Of a stretch of 64,000 nt of DNA, positions 21,416 through 31,410 are shown in pieces. The number at the start of each line of letters is the position of its first letter. Within the stretch, counting starts at the first letter, position 1. The notes under the pieces are model-generated. The model saw nothing but the letters and a program-made list of their open reading frames with translations. It was not told where the DNA came from and searched no databases. Position numbers and translations under genes: made by a program. This DNA comes from Cyanidioschyzon merolae (Eukaryota), in NCBI GenBank assembly GCA_000091205.1, contig AP006493.2. One strand, given 5' to 3'.

Positions 21416-22199
21416 AGGTACTTGATTCCTGATGAACAATATCAGGTTCAACTAGTCCTGGATCGAATGGGACAGCGTTCGTTAGCATTTGCAGAACAAG
21501 CAGTTTTCGCGGAGGGGACCGCCAAGGACAAGTCAGTGTTCGTAAGCTATAGCACCGGGTCCGGAAATGGAGGAGGGTATCGAGTTGAGCCCTCTGTATC
21601 CGTCAAGGGCCTGTACCGAGCGAAGATGCGAGGCAACGCGCGGAATAAAGCGGATCGGGATGGAGGAGATATAACGGACATACACAGGAACTCTTGAGCA
21701 TGACCAAGTTTCACCGCAGCTAGGTGCGCATCGAATCTATATAGAATGCAGACGGAAACGGCAAGCAGAGCGTAGATCGCGTCTTCCGCGTGTGCATGAA
21801 AAGAGATGGCAAAAGCCGTTCGATGCGAAAACGGCAGATGAACACTGCCAGCAACATCAGCCGACTGCTGATAAAGAACCTGGCGAGACAAGCGCGACCG
21901 GTGTATTTAAAGCCAGGTACAAGAGACAGAAAAAGGAATCATTCAAGGAAAAAGTCTGCAAACCCGGCGTTGATGACAATGGGAACAGATCCAACCTTTA
22001 TAAAGTATGCCCCTGTTCGTGAACCTGTTTCGATTTATTCTTCTATGGGTGCCTGTCGGGTGCTGCAGTGAATGACGCGCGCACATGCCTGTCTCGCGGT
22101 GTCTCGGTTCCTAGAGCGCACTTGCCCGCAAGTACTGGCATGCTCGTATGCATTCCACATGCGATGCGCTGAGCCTCAGAACAGAGCACCTCGATGCAG

Positions 22200-24125
22200 C
22201 TACGGACTGCGCAACTGGTGCCGAGTAGATGGTGCTGCAGCTGACCCAGGCGTGTTCGTCACAGGAAGACGAGGCGTATGCGTGGGGGAATCGGTCAGTA
22301 GTACGGCCGTTGGATTCTCGCGCGACAACTCGGAGAAGAACGCGGCAAGTTCAGAGTCGTCAGGGGCAGCGTTGAGACTGCGGCTGCGAGCCCGTTCGCG
22401 CTCCGCTATGAGTGCCCCTTGACGGGCCCAGAGAAGCACCAGATGCGCATATGTTGCGTTCAAGCCAATAAGATAGAACGGGAGACAGGCTAAAAGGCCG
22501 AATATCTTGGCGAAGAAGGAGCTCCAAGGAATGTGCCAGGCAATGCCAAAAACAATGGGCGGAGCACTCGCATCTGCGAGTGCGTAACAGAGCAACCGGA
22601 AAAGCACACCACCACGTGCGTGCTTCCCATCCGAGAGTCGATGCCTTCGCATACACATCGTTCCGAAACATATCATCCAGAAGAATGTAAAAAGCACTTT
22701 GAAGTGAATATAGATCGCGACCGCCAAGTACGGAGTCGCCAACATGGGGATGCAAAGTGCTGCCGCCAACGTAGTGCACAACCATCCGGTCATGCCTACG
22801 ATCACCATCACGTAGAGGTACAGACGATCATCAAGCCCGAAAAAATACCGCATAACTCGAGTTTGTGCAAACCAATTCCCCAGCCAGAGAAACGGAGCTC
22901 GGCGGCGACGGTTTGGTGGAGCGAAACCCAGTGGATTCGACATCGACCACCAGAGCACGTACATTCCCAGATAGACACCCAGAAACCGCAAAGCAACCCA
23001 CTTCCAGTTAAGGCTGTAGTCCGGGGGATACGGATCCGACAGCTGAGATCGCATCGCGTGCCAGGCCCAGGAAAGGTCCATGACTGGGTACGTCCACCAT
23101 TGCCACGGTTTGAAGAGCGGTACACCCATGAATTCCATGATACGAAGACCACCACAGCGAGCTGGAACCTCCCACTGTAGCCGTGGATAGTACACAATAT
23201 GGTCCAAATGGTATCCAAAGGGCAATCGACGCAAGGGACCCCCGCGATGCGCATCGTCTGGCCCGAAACCTGGCGCGTAGAACAGCTCCGAGAAGTAGAC
23301 GTTGAGGAAGCCCTGGTCGCCTCCATCGTAGGATTCTGTAACGGCCAGTTTTTCGAGCATACTCTGGAAAAGAGCCTGTGATGGCCGTATAACCATAACT
23401 CCCGAATTAAAATGACAGGGATTGATAAATGCAGCGCAAAAGTCGCCACACTCGAACATGTCTTGAACATCACCTAACACCAATGTATCCGCGTCAACGT
23501 ATACGACTTTTTCGAACTGTTCAAGAGCGAAAACTTGCAGTTTTGCGAGTACATCATCAAAGCGATGATTGTAGTGTTCGCCCCCCGTGTACGGGTTCCG
23601 TACTCGACGAACCTCCAAGGTGTAAACTCCGTCACGGTGAAGCTGAGCGCGTGCTTTCGCGGAAACGTCAGCAGTCACCATGGACAGGAGGATAGCTTGT
23701 GGTTGCTGCAGGTCGTGCCCAGCTCGCGCCGCGCTCGCCGCTTCCAGCGTTCGTTCGTCAAGCTCGCCCGCCGTGCCACCAGCTGGCTCGAAGAGCACAC
23801 CTCTCTGCTGGTGAACGCGCAGCGAATGGAACATAACACGCGCCGGGAGTACGTACGTGTCACCATATAGAAAAGTAACGTACGCCAGGGGGCGCGGACG
23901 CACCACATTCGCTTGTTTCCCCCCGGGTAGCTCCTGCGTTCGTACGTGCTCGCCTCCAGCGAGCGTCTGATTTTCCGTGCTGGGAAGACTGGCACCCGCT
24001 GCACGTCTAAAAGCCGGCCAACCAGGCGGGTTTTCCAGTGACGATGATCTCAACGATGTCTGCGATGCATCCAGAAATACATATGCGCTGATGACGATAA
24101 TGAGTGCAAAAAACTTGAGCCTCAT
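22200..24125 (-). CDS. Glycogenin-like GT8 glycosyltransferase with C-terminal multi-TM domain (PGSIP6/IPUT1-like architecture)
   Basis: GT8 motifs KVVYVDADTLVLGDV (DxD), HFNSGVMVIRPS and GGDQGFLNVYF. N-terminal signal-anchor. C-terminal ~270 aa with ~6 hydrophobic helices. Confidence 0.8.
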   Translation of the reverse strand: MRLKFFALIIVISAYVFLDASQTSLRSSSLENPPGWPAFRRAAGASLPSTENQTLAGGEHVRTQELPGGKQANVVRPRPLAYVTFLYGDTYVLPARVMFHSLRVHQQRGVLFEPAGGTAGELDERTLEAASAARAGHDLQQPQAILLSMVTADVSAKARAQLHRDGVYTLEVRRVRNPYTGGEHYNHRFDDVLAKLQVFALEQFEKVVYVDADTLVLGDVQDMFECGDFCAAFINPCHFNSGVMVIRPSQALFQSMLEKLAVTESYDGGDQGFLNVYFSELFYAPGFGPDDAHRGGPLRRLPFGYHLDHIVYYPRLQWEVPARCGGLRIMEFMGVPLFKPWQWWTYPVMDLSWAWHAMRSQLSDPYPPDYSLNWKWVALRFLGVYLGMYVLWWSMSNPLGFAPPNRRRRAPFLWLGNWFAQTRVMRYFFGLDDRLYLYVMVIVGMTGWLCTTLAAALCIPMLATPYLAVAIYIHFKVLFTFFWMICFGTMCMRRHRLSDGKHARGGVLFRLLCYALADASAPPIVFGIAWHIPWSSFFAKIFGLLACLPFYLIGLNATYAHLVLLWARQGALIAERERARSRSLNAAPDDSELAAFFSELSRENPTAVLLTDSPTHTPRLPVTNTPGSAAAPSTRHQLRSP

Positions 24126-24576
24126 CGCACGGCTTGCGTACTGGGGTGCTCACACGCGCCGGTGGCATTCACACACGCTCAGACAGACAGCGGCGCATGG
24201 CGTAGACGGCTGCATCTGCAGCAGGGCGCGTTGGATGGCGCGCTGCTGGTGCGCCACAGGGTGTCGATAGCGAGGCATCCAAGGATGTTTCCCTAGACGC
24301 TGTCATATCGGATCATGGAAAGCTATTATCGTTCACCAATGACAGATGATAATCAATCCTAGTGTGGATTCAGGGCGCTGCAGTTTTCCTGGATGCCTAT
24401 TTCATACCGTACCAGTATCCCGCTCCAGGACGCAATCGAAATGCCGCACCTCCGGATCGCTAGGATTCTTCTCACTGAAAGTCTGCAACGTTTCAATAAG
24501 AGGCGCATACAGTGTACGACACGATTTACCTGAATGATCGCGCGACACATAAAGCCACTGGACGCTCCGAAATCAT

Positions 24577-25030
24577 GAGATCGTTCCCAGAGATCTCGAA
24601 TGGGGGTTTTCCAACGCTCGATAGACACAGTACATGCATGTGTTCTTATTGAAGAAATGTAAGCACGAGATCGTTCCCAGAGATCTGGAATGGGAGCTTT
24701 CCAACGCTCGATAGACACAGTACATGCATGTGTTCTTATTGAAGAAATGTAAGCACGAGATCGTTCCCAGAGATCTCGAATGGGGGTTTTCCAACGCTCG
24801 ATAGACACAGTACATGCATGTGTTCTTATTGAAGAAATGTAAGCACGAGATCGTTCCCAGAGATCTGGAATGGGGGTTTTTCCAACGCTCGATAGACACA
24901 GTACATGCATGTGTTCTTATTGAAGAAATGTAAGCACGAGATCGTTCCCAGAGATCTGGAATGGGGTTTTTCCAACGCTCGATAGACACAGTACATGCAT
25001 GTAAGCGCTCTTATTGAAGAAATGTAAGCA
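24577..25030. repeat. 90-bp tandem array, ~5 copies, inside IR arm 1
   Basis: Unit 'gagatcgttcccagagatctcgaatgggggttttccaacgctcgatagacacagtacatgcatgtgttcttattgaagaaatgtaagcac' recurs at 24577, 24667, 24757, 24847 and 24938. Confidence 0.9.
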
Positions 25031-26117
25031 TAGCGAGCTTCTCAGCTTTGATTACTTCGTGATCTGCCGTTTGCGCGGCTGACAGTGCACCATCTCGCGC
25101 ATGCAGCTCTGTTTCGCACCGTTCTTGTCTGTCGGTTTTTCAGCATGCACCCGCACTCGTAGCGCATGTACGTCGTGCTGAACGCACCGACAGGAAGCGT
25201 GCGGCATAGGCACCTGAGCTTATTGGACACTCCCGTCGAAGCATGAGCAGGTCCGCGTCCTTTGCGCGCTTCTGAACGTCCAGCGTCATAGGCTGCCGCC
25301 AGGAAACGATTGGACCTGCCGGGGATTTTCGCTTGGAATTCACCGATAATGCCGGTGAATGCGAGTTTCCCGCCTCTGTAGAAGCGACACCGTTTGCGAC
25401 CTCAGCGTAGTACCAAGGACGCCCACCAAAGACCCTCCACACGATGCATTTGGTCGCTCATGGACGCTCGGAATAAATTATAGGAAGCATAACCCTCGGC
25501 TCCATACGGTGCCTGGAGCGTCGACTTGGGTCCTGATGCCGCCACCGCTCCCCTTGCTGTTCGTATGCCTTCTAGCGCCCATCACGTCCGACTGCCGCTC
25601 ATACCGAGCGATTGAAGAGGTTGAACAGGTTCATCCGCTTTCCGTTCAGGTTGTGACCTCCGCCATCTTTCAATAGATAATCGGTGGCGGTGATGATTTC
25701 CCCCCAGCGGGGATCGACGCACGGCACGTGACCTTTCCCTTCATGTGCCCGGATCCGTTGGATATGCGTTTCGTGGCTCGACGCAGGTTTCGGATTCACA
25801 AGCGTCACAAAGACCGTCGAGCTTGGTATCCCGTCGGTCGCCGTCGTCCCTGGAAACGAGAAATCTTGAACGAGCGCCGCCAGTGCTCTTCGTGTGGCTG
25901 CTCGGACGCTTCAGGCTTACTCGCAGAGAGCAGCGGCACCGCACAGAGGAGGCCATCCAGTACACAAGTGTCTACTGACGCGCGATTCACCTTGATCTGG
26001 CATACCGAGACCACGTCGAATAGACGCGTGACGTGCACCGGACGGTCGGATCCCGAGATGGGGGCTGCTCAGCTCTGGAAGCACCTGTCCAGAGAAACGT
26101 GGTAGCACAGGAGCCAA

Positions 26118-26121
<4 letters not shown>

Positions 26122-26182
<61 letters not shown>
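26122..26182. repeat. (CAGG)n microsatellite, ~15 units, inside IR arm 1
   Basis: Direct reading: aggcaggcaggcagg... run. Confidence 0.9.
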
Positions 26183-28671
26183 TGCGCTTCAGCCACTTTT
26201 CGGATACGATATCTGCAGGTGCGACGCCGAGCACTAAACGATATCGTCGGGCGATCTGGGGCGATTCTGGCTCTCGTTGCTGCATTTTTTTTCGAAGTCG
26301 ATACCAGTTGGAGCTCTTGCGTATCCAGCTCGTCATTTGCCTCCATCGATATCCAAGAATCCCGTCAACCTATCTCCCCTGTTCTGGACCACTGAGGTGA
26401 GGCTGCGACATGCAGAGGGCGCGCTGCATGGGGCGCTCGACATTGGCCGGCATGTGGTTTTTGAGGTTGGCCCCAGACATGCCGGCACCTGCGCTGCGGA
26501 CGTTCTCATTACAGACGCCGGCCTACGAAGCGTCACGGCATGCTGGGTGGCGTGTTCTCAAACCCTGGATGCCACGACCAGGCCGTATTGCATCTTGTTT
26601 TCTGGCCATCTGTTGTCGCACGAACGTTTCATCGAAAGGTTATGAGAGGAATGTAGACAACTGGCGGCCGTGCGTCCAGCCCTCCGATGAGCAGATGCTT
26701 GACGAGGCGCGTCTGGGCGAGCGCAGCTGGGCGAGCCTTCGTTGAGTACGAAGCTGCGCGATCCTGAATGGCGTCTCGCATCTCACGGCTTGACAGATTC
26801 TCGCGGGTGGTGCATTTCTTGGGGAAGCGGTGGCATCGCTTTGAGACAGATCTTGTCGCTCCGACATCTGTTCCTCCCCGTCGCTCCTTACCCTATTCTC
26901 GGAAGGCTCTTTCTCTGGTTCGCCCGGTGGTCGCTTTTCTTTCTCTAGTTCCTGGCAGGCGCCCTGCATTCCATCTCTATCGAGCATATCTGTATGTCGT
27001 TCTCCCAGTGGAGACTCAGGCGCACTGGGTGGAAGGTTGCACTGAAACTCGCCCTTTCTATGTATGTATCGACTACTCCTCAAGCACCTCTCCATCGTCG
27101 TATCCGCCGAGAGCTCGCCCACGGACGGAAGCGCGCCTCTCAGCTCCCGTCCGGGCACGAGCAGCGCGGCGACGCATCAGCTCATGGCTTGCAAAGGTGG
27201 AGAATGGCTTCTCCAAGAACGGTGTCACAGATGCGGACGGCTCGTCGAATGAGTCGTGAGCATCCATCCATGGTTCGACAAACTGAGCAGGCTCCTTCAG
27301 CTGGACGGAACCAGGACGAATAGGCTCACGCAAACATCAGCTCAATGCCAAGCTCAGCTGCACAATCCGTGGCCGCTCTTGCGTGACAGAGGGCGACCTT
27401 GTCCAAGAGCGTATCAGAAGAATGTGGAAAGGAGAAGCCGAAAAGCGCTTCGACGCATCGTGAGGAGTTGAGTGATCACGGCTCTTTTGCTATTTGGTGT
27501 TGGCGACACCGAAGCCTCGCACCCAGGCCAGCTGGTGCCGTCCTGCTCGCTAATCTCCTTTGTAGGAATAGCGATTTGTCCCTCTTTGAGTAGGCATTCA
27601 CAGGTGTACCATCCCTCCAGATTCGAGTCTCAGCGATTGAGACGAACACCTCACGCTCCGGTAACAAACGTCCACGCGTCCATACGAGATCAATAGAGTG
27701 TTGTTTATTGCACGACAGTCTTCACGACGAGCGTTTTTCTCCTGTGTCTATCAGCGTGTCTTCATCAGCATTCGTATGAACCACACGGAAGCCTCACATC
27801 CTATGGCTTCCTTCGCCGTGTTCCTAGTAGAATGCATGGAATTCAATGGATTATCCAGGACACAGTCGTCTTGGTGGCGTTCGGTGACTTCTGTTTCGGG
27901 TGCACGATGCTCAGGACAGAGACGAGAACAGGAGCGCTTCATCCACTTGCGTATTAAAAAGTATCCGACATGTACGAGAATGACGATTTTTCGCAAACTA
28001 GCAGTCACAGCACCAAGTGTGCACGAGATTCTACTCCAATGTACAAAATATATTCCTTTTATAGTATACCTGCGAGAAAGACAATCAAATACGAATCAGG
28101 CGCTCTGGCACTAGAATCTCAGACTTCGATACACTTTGTCACAGAATACTAGGAGAGATGCATGCGATGACGTTTCCCCACGCACACAGAGATTATCATT
28201 CGAAGCAAGTGCCAGATTAAAATTCGAGACTGGGGTGTCCACGCTGTCTTGCCATTCGATTTTTCCAGCCATTTTTCAGAGGCACAGCCTCGGCATTCGA
28301 GGTGCAACGATGACGGCATGGGAATTCATACGTAGAGTTAGAATTCTCAGTCGTTATTTAGGAGAAGCATCTTCTACGCTGCGTCATGGGAATTCGTCAC
28401 GACACCGGACTGTCTATCTTTCGCGAAGCCTTCGAACAAGTTTTCATAGCATGACCGATGCCATTATCCAGTTCGTACGTACAGGTCCCTACTATTCTTC
28501 TTACCTCACATGCAATATGGTCAAACCACGCATTACTCAAGTTTTCGATTTTTCTGTTCGACGGCTACTCGTGGGCGCAGCATTACACGCAGGGGCATCG
28601 CTGACGAAAGCGACTCGGCGTCGTCACTCGAAGACTTGCTCACAAGCTCATGCCACAATTCACGTTACGTC

Positions 28672-29448
28672 TCACGCAGAGTAATCGATGCCAGTCGGAA
28701 CACAAATCCTCCTCTCTATTTTGCCATTCGCTAAACGGGATTCGATCGCAGCATGGTGCCTCCGACTAGCTACGCTCTCAGAGGATCCCGTCTCTTCACT
28801 TTCCTCAGAGAAGCTTTGTAGAGTCTGACATGAGTCATTACGGCGATTATTTTTCGTGAATCGCGCGTCACTGCTTTGCACGAAGGGGTCATACGAGGTT
28901 AGAAATATCCCAACGTGTCCTCCTGCCTGAAGTTTACTTCCTGCATTTGTTTCATCATGGAAAAACATCGCATGCCACAAATCCTCCTTCAAATGCAGCA
29001 GCATGCGCTTCCATATGCAGCTGACGGCATACTCTCCGAGCGAATTGCCTAGAAAAAGCCAGTGATCGTGGGGTCCAGCACTGGGCGCGGAAGCAGAGCA
29101 GGGTATCGAGCGGAGCCGTCTGTACCGGTCAGCCGCACACCCCGAGCAGAGATGCATGTCTAAAAGAGCCACAGGGCGATCATCGTAGTGCCCGGTGCGC
29201 TGGGCGTTCGGGAACACCTGACCGCAACCAAGCTCCATCGTTACGAAAGGCGTATCGAGACAGGTTGCGAAAAAGATGATCATGGCAAGTGAAGCGTAGA
29301 CCACAATTTCCGCCCGTGCATGAACTGTGTCGACAGCTTCTGGAAGCTGCGTGATTGGGACTTGAACGCCGCCATCAACATCATTCGACTGCTGACAACG
29401 GATCTGGAGAGACCGGAGAGACCAACGTGTCTGAGGGCAGAGATACAA
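28672..29448 (-). CDS. Hypothetical 258-aa protein. The only copy of the ~0.8 kb repeat-gene family with one uninterrupted reading frame; lies in the IR spacer
   Basis: A continuous ORF contains all conserved blocks found split across frames or stops in the other three copies (…LGCGQVF…HDHWLFLGNSLGEYAV…FFHDETNAGSKLQAG…QSDARF…ANGKIERRICVPTG). Function unrecognised. Confidence 0.35.
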   Translation of the reverse strand: MYLCPQTRWSLRSLQIRCQQSNDVDGGVQVPITQLPEAVDTVHARAEIVVYASLAMIIFFATCLDTPFVTMELGCGQVFPNAQRTGHYDDRPVALLDMHLCSGCAADRYRRLRSIPCSASAPSAGPHDHWLFLGNSLGEYAVSCIWKRMLLHLKEDLWHAMFFHDETNAGSKLQAGGHVGIFLTSYDPFVQSSDARFTKNNRRNDSCQTLQSFSEESEETGSSESVASRRHHAAIESRLANGKIERRICVPTGIDYSA

Positions 29449-30096
29449 GAGATAGGGAAAGGAAGCAATGACAAAAAATGACTGATATGCGTAGTATTTA
29501 TTTCAGCAAAACGAGACCCACACTTTAGCTTGTATACCTGTGTTCGTCGACCTTTTCCATGAAACGCTGATGTACGTGTAAAGGGCCGCTCTAAAGGCGG
29601 GAAAGAACCAAGGGCGCAAAGCATCTCTTTGGAGTCGAGAGCGCCGAATCCACTCATACATGAAATGTTTGTATTCGAGGCTCGGAGCGACTCGGTCTAG
29701 TCGAACAGAAGAAACCGATGCGTTATAGGGAAACTTTTTGGAGTTACGTTTGATATTTCTTGTCAGAGAATACTTTGTGTTGATTGCCATACAAGTGCAT
29801 CGGGCTCTCAGCTGAACGTACGCGATCCAGCTGCCGAGCATCCAACGGAACAGACAACGCAGTTTGTCGACAGAAGCCACTATACGCCGGAATCGGGCGC
29901 AGCGGCTGTGTAATCAACCTTTTGAGACTCCGCTTGGGAAACCGAGTGTCCTCCGAAGTACGACGCGCTGCTACTTGCTTCTGGGGCCGCTTCAGGAAAA
30001 ACTGCCCCCTAGCTGACGGCGACGCGACCTGGGCTCCAAACTTCAGCGTTCCCTGGGAGCGTTTCGGCTAGACGATCCTCATTCGCCCACAAGCCC

Positions 30097-30339
30097 ATGG
30101 ATCTTCTGCCTGTGCTGCGATCCCAGGTTCACGTTCAAACGACCGACGGGCGCCTCCTAGCGGGCAAGCTGTTAGCGTTCGACGCTCATAGCAATTTATT
30201 ACTCAGCCACTGTACAGAACGTCGCGGGGAATCAGCGAAACGCTACTTGGGCATGGTGCTGGTGCGCGGGGAGCATGTGCTCGCAGTTATCACGCCCAGA
30301 ATCACGGAAACTGAACAGAAAACTGCCGCATCTGAATGA
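30097..30339 (+). CDS. Sm-like protein (LSm8/SmB-type Sm fold)
   Basis: Sm1 motif (TTDGRLLAGKLLAFDAHSNLLLSHCTE) and Sm2 motif (RYLGMVLVRGEHVLAV). 80 aa. Confidence 0.7.
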   Translation: MDLLPVLRSQVHVQTTDGRLLAGKLLAFDAHSNLLLSHCTERRGESAKRYLGMVLVRGEHVLAVITPRITETEQKTAASE

Positions 30340-31410
30340 ACGTAGTCATAGCATAGCCTCAGCGCGTTGATGTCTTCTCCGGTCGTATTGCTTTGAGGCA
30401 ACAGACCACCCGAACGGATTCCAAGCGCTTGGTATCTCGATGCGGACTTTGCATAGCACGGAGGACTTGTTAGGGGGCACGAATCGAGATTCAAAAAGGA
30501 ATAGCTGCTCAGAATCGTTAGGGCGTGAGCTGCCACGCAAACCAGCATGGTTAGAGACGTACTCTCTAGCGTCGATGCACACTCGCACGCAATCTACGAT
30601 GCGTACTCTCAAGTAGACCAGCTCTGAAACCGGTTGTATCGAGACTGAGGCATGAACAATACCAGGGCGGCCCTGAAAGTCGTCGTAGAGATGCCGACGG
30701 TTACGGGAAAGTCTCTGCGAGCGGTATGTCCGCCAGATTTTCCGCGGCTTCATCGTGGCTCGCAAGCCCTTGTGAACTACGACTGGCATGGTTTAGTTTT
30801 CGTTGCCCATGCACCACACAAATACTGCTTGGCCCCACATCCAGAAATCGGAGCAACACGGGTTCGAGCACTGCGTCTGAAGAGGGCATCATACAAGGCG
30901 GGTACAGCTTGCGCGGAGGCGAAACTGCCGCTGATCTCGGTTTGCTGTTCTTGGCGGCAACCAGTATATATAGCAACGCACTGGGCGACGTTCAATGCCT
31001 CATGCTATGCTGGGCATCCTTCTGGACCTGGAGTCGGCAAGTTCGTTCGGGATAGGCTTTTCTTTCATCAAAAACCACAGCAGTGACGCGAAAGAGAATG
31101 TTTACGAATGTACATGCGATATGACGAGTCTTCAACGAAGCGTTAGCGGTGTCCGCTGCACTAGTCGCGTCCAGGGCACAGCGATCGCGGACGTGGCAGC
31201 GGTGATCGTGTGGGCCTGCACCCCTTTTGCGAAAGATGCAAATTGGTCATGTTGATGTCGGTTCCCGGCACATCACTTACACGGCTCTACACGATCGCAC
31301 AGGAACTGCCGATTATTTTCTGCTGCTGCCTCATCAGACGAAGACACATCCCTGATCCTGCGGCGCCTGGCCTCATCGACGTTCGTGCTACAGGTGCACT
31401 GCGCAGAGGC

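Larger units (their letters stand above)
24300..27947. repeat. Large inverted repeat, arm 1 (partner 34602-37930). Near-identical apart from VNTR/microsatellite length and a few SNPs
   Basis: Mirrored ORF pairs in the ORF track are identical or near-identical, for example 26640-27158(-) with 35391-35909(+) and 27472-27696(+) with 34853-35077(-). Coordinate sums are constant (62549, dropping to 62513 across the CAGG repeat). Outer junction at ~24300 (gtcatatcggatcatggaaagc...). Inner junction at ~27947 (…gagcgcttcatccac|ttgcg). Confidence 0.9.

Noticed and set aside
24577-25030. CRISPR-like reading of the 90-bp direct repeats
   Set aside because: Units are contiguous with no unique spacers. 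The context is eukaryotic nuclear DNA. This is a minisatellite.
26640-27158. 172-aa ORF (and many 60-180 aa ORFs) inside the IR arms, mirrored exactly in the other arm (35391-35909)
   Set aside because: ORFs of similar length occur on both strands and in overlapping frames throughout the arms, as expected for GC-rich non-coding DNA. They carry no recognisable domain. Their mirroring reflects the IR, not selection.
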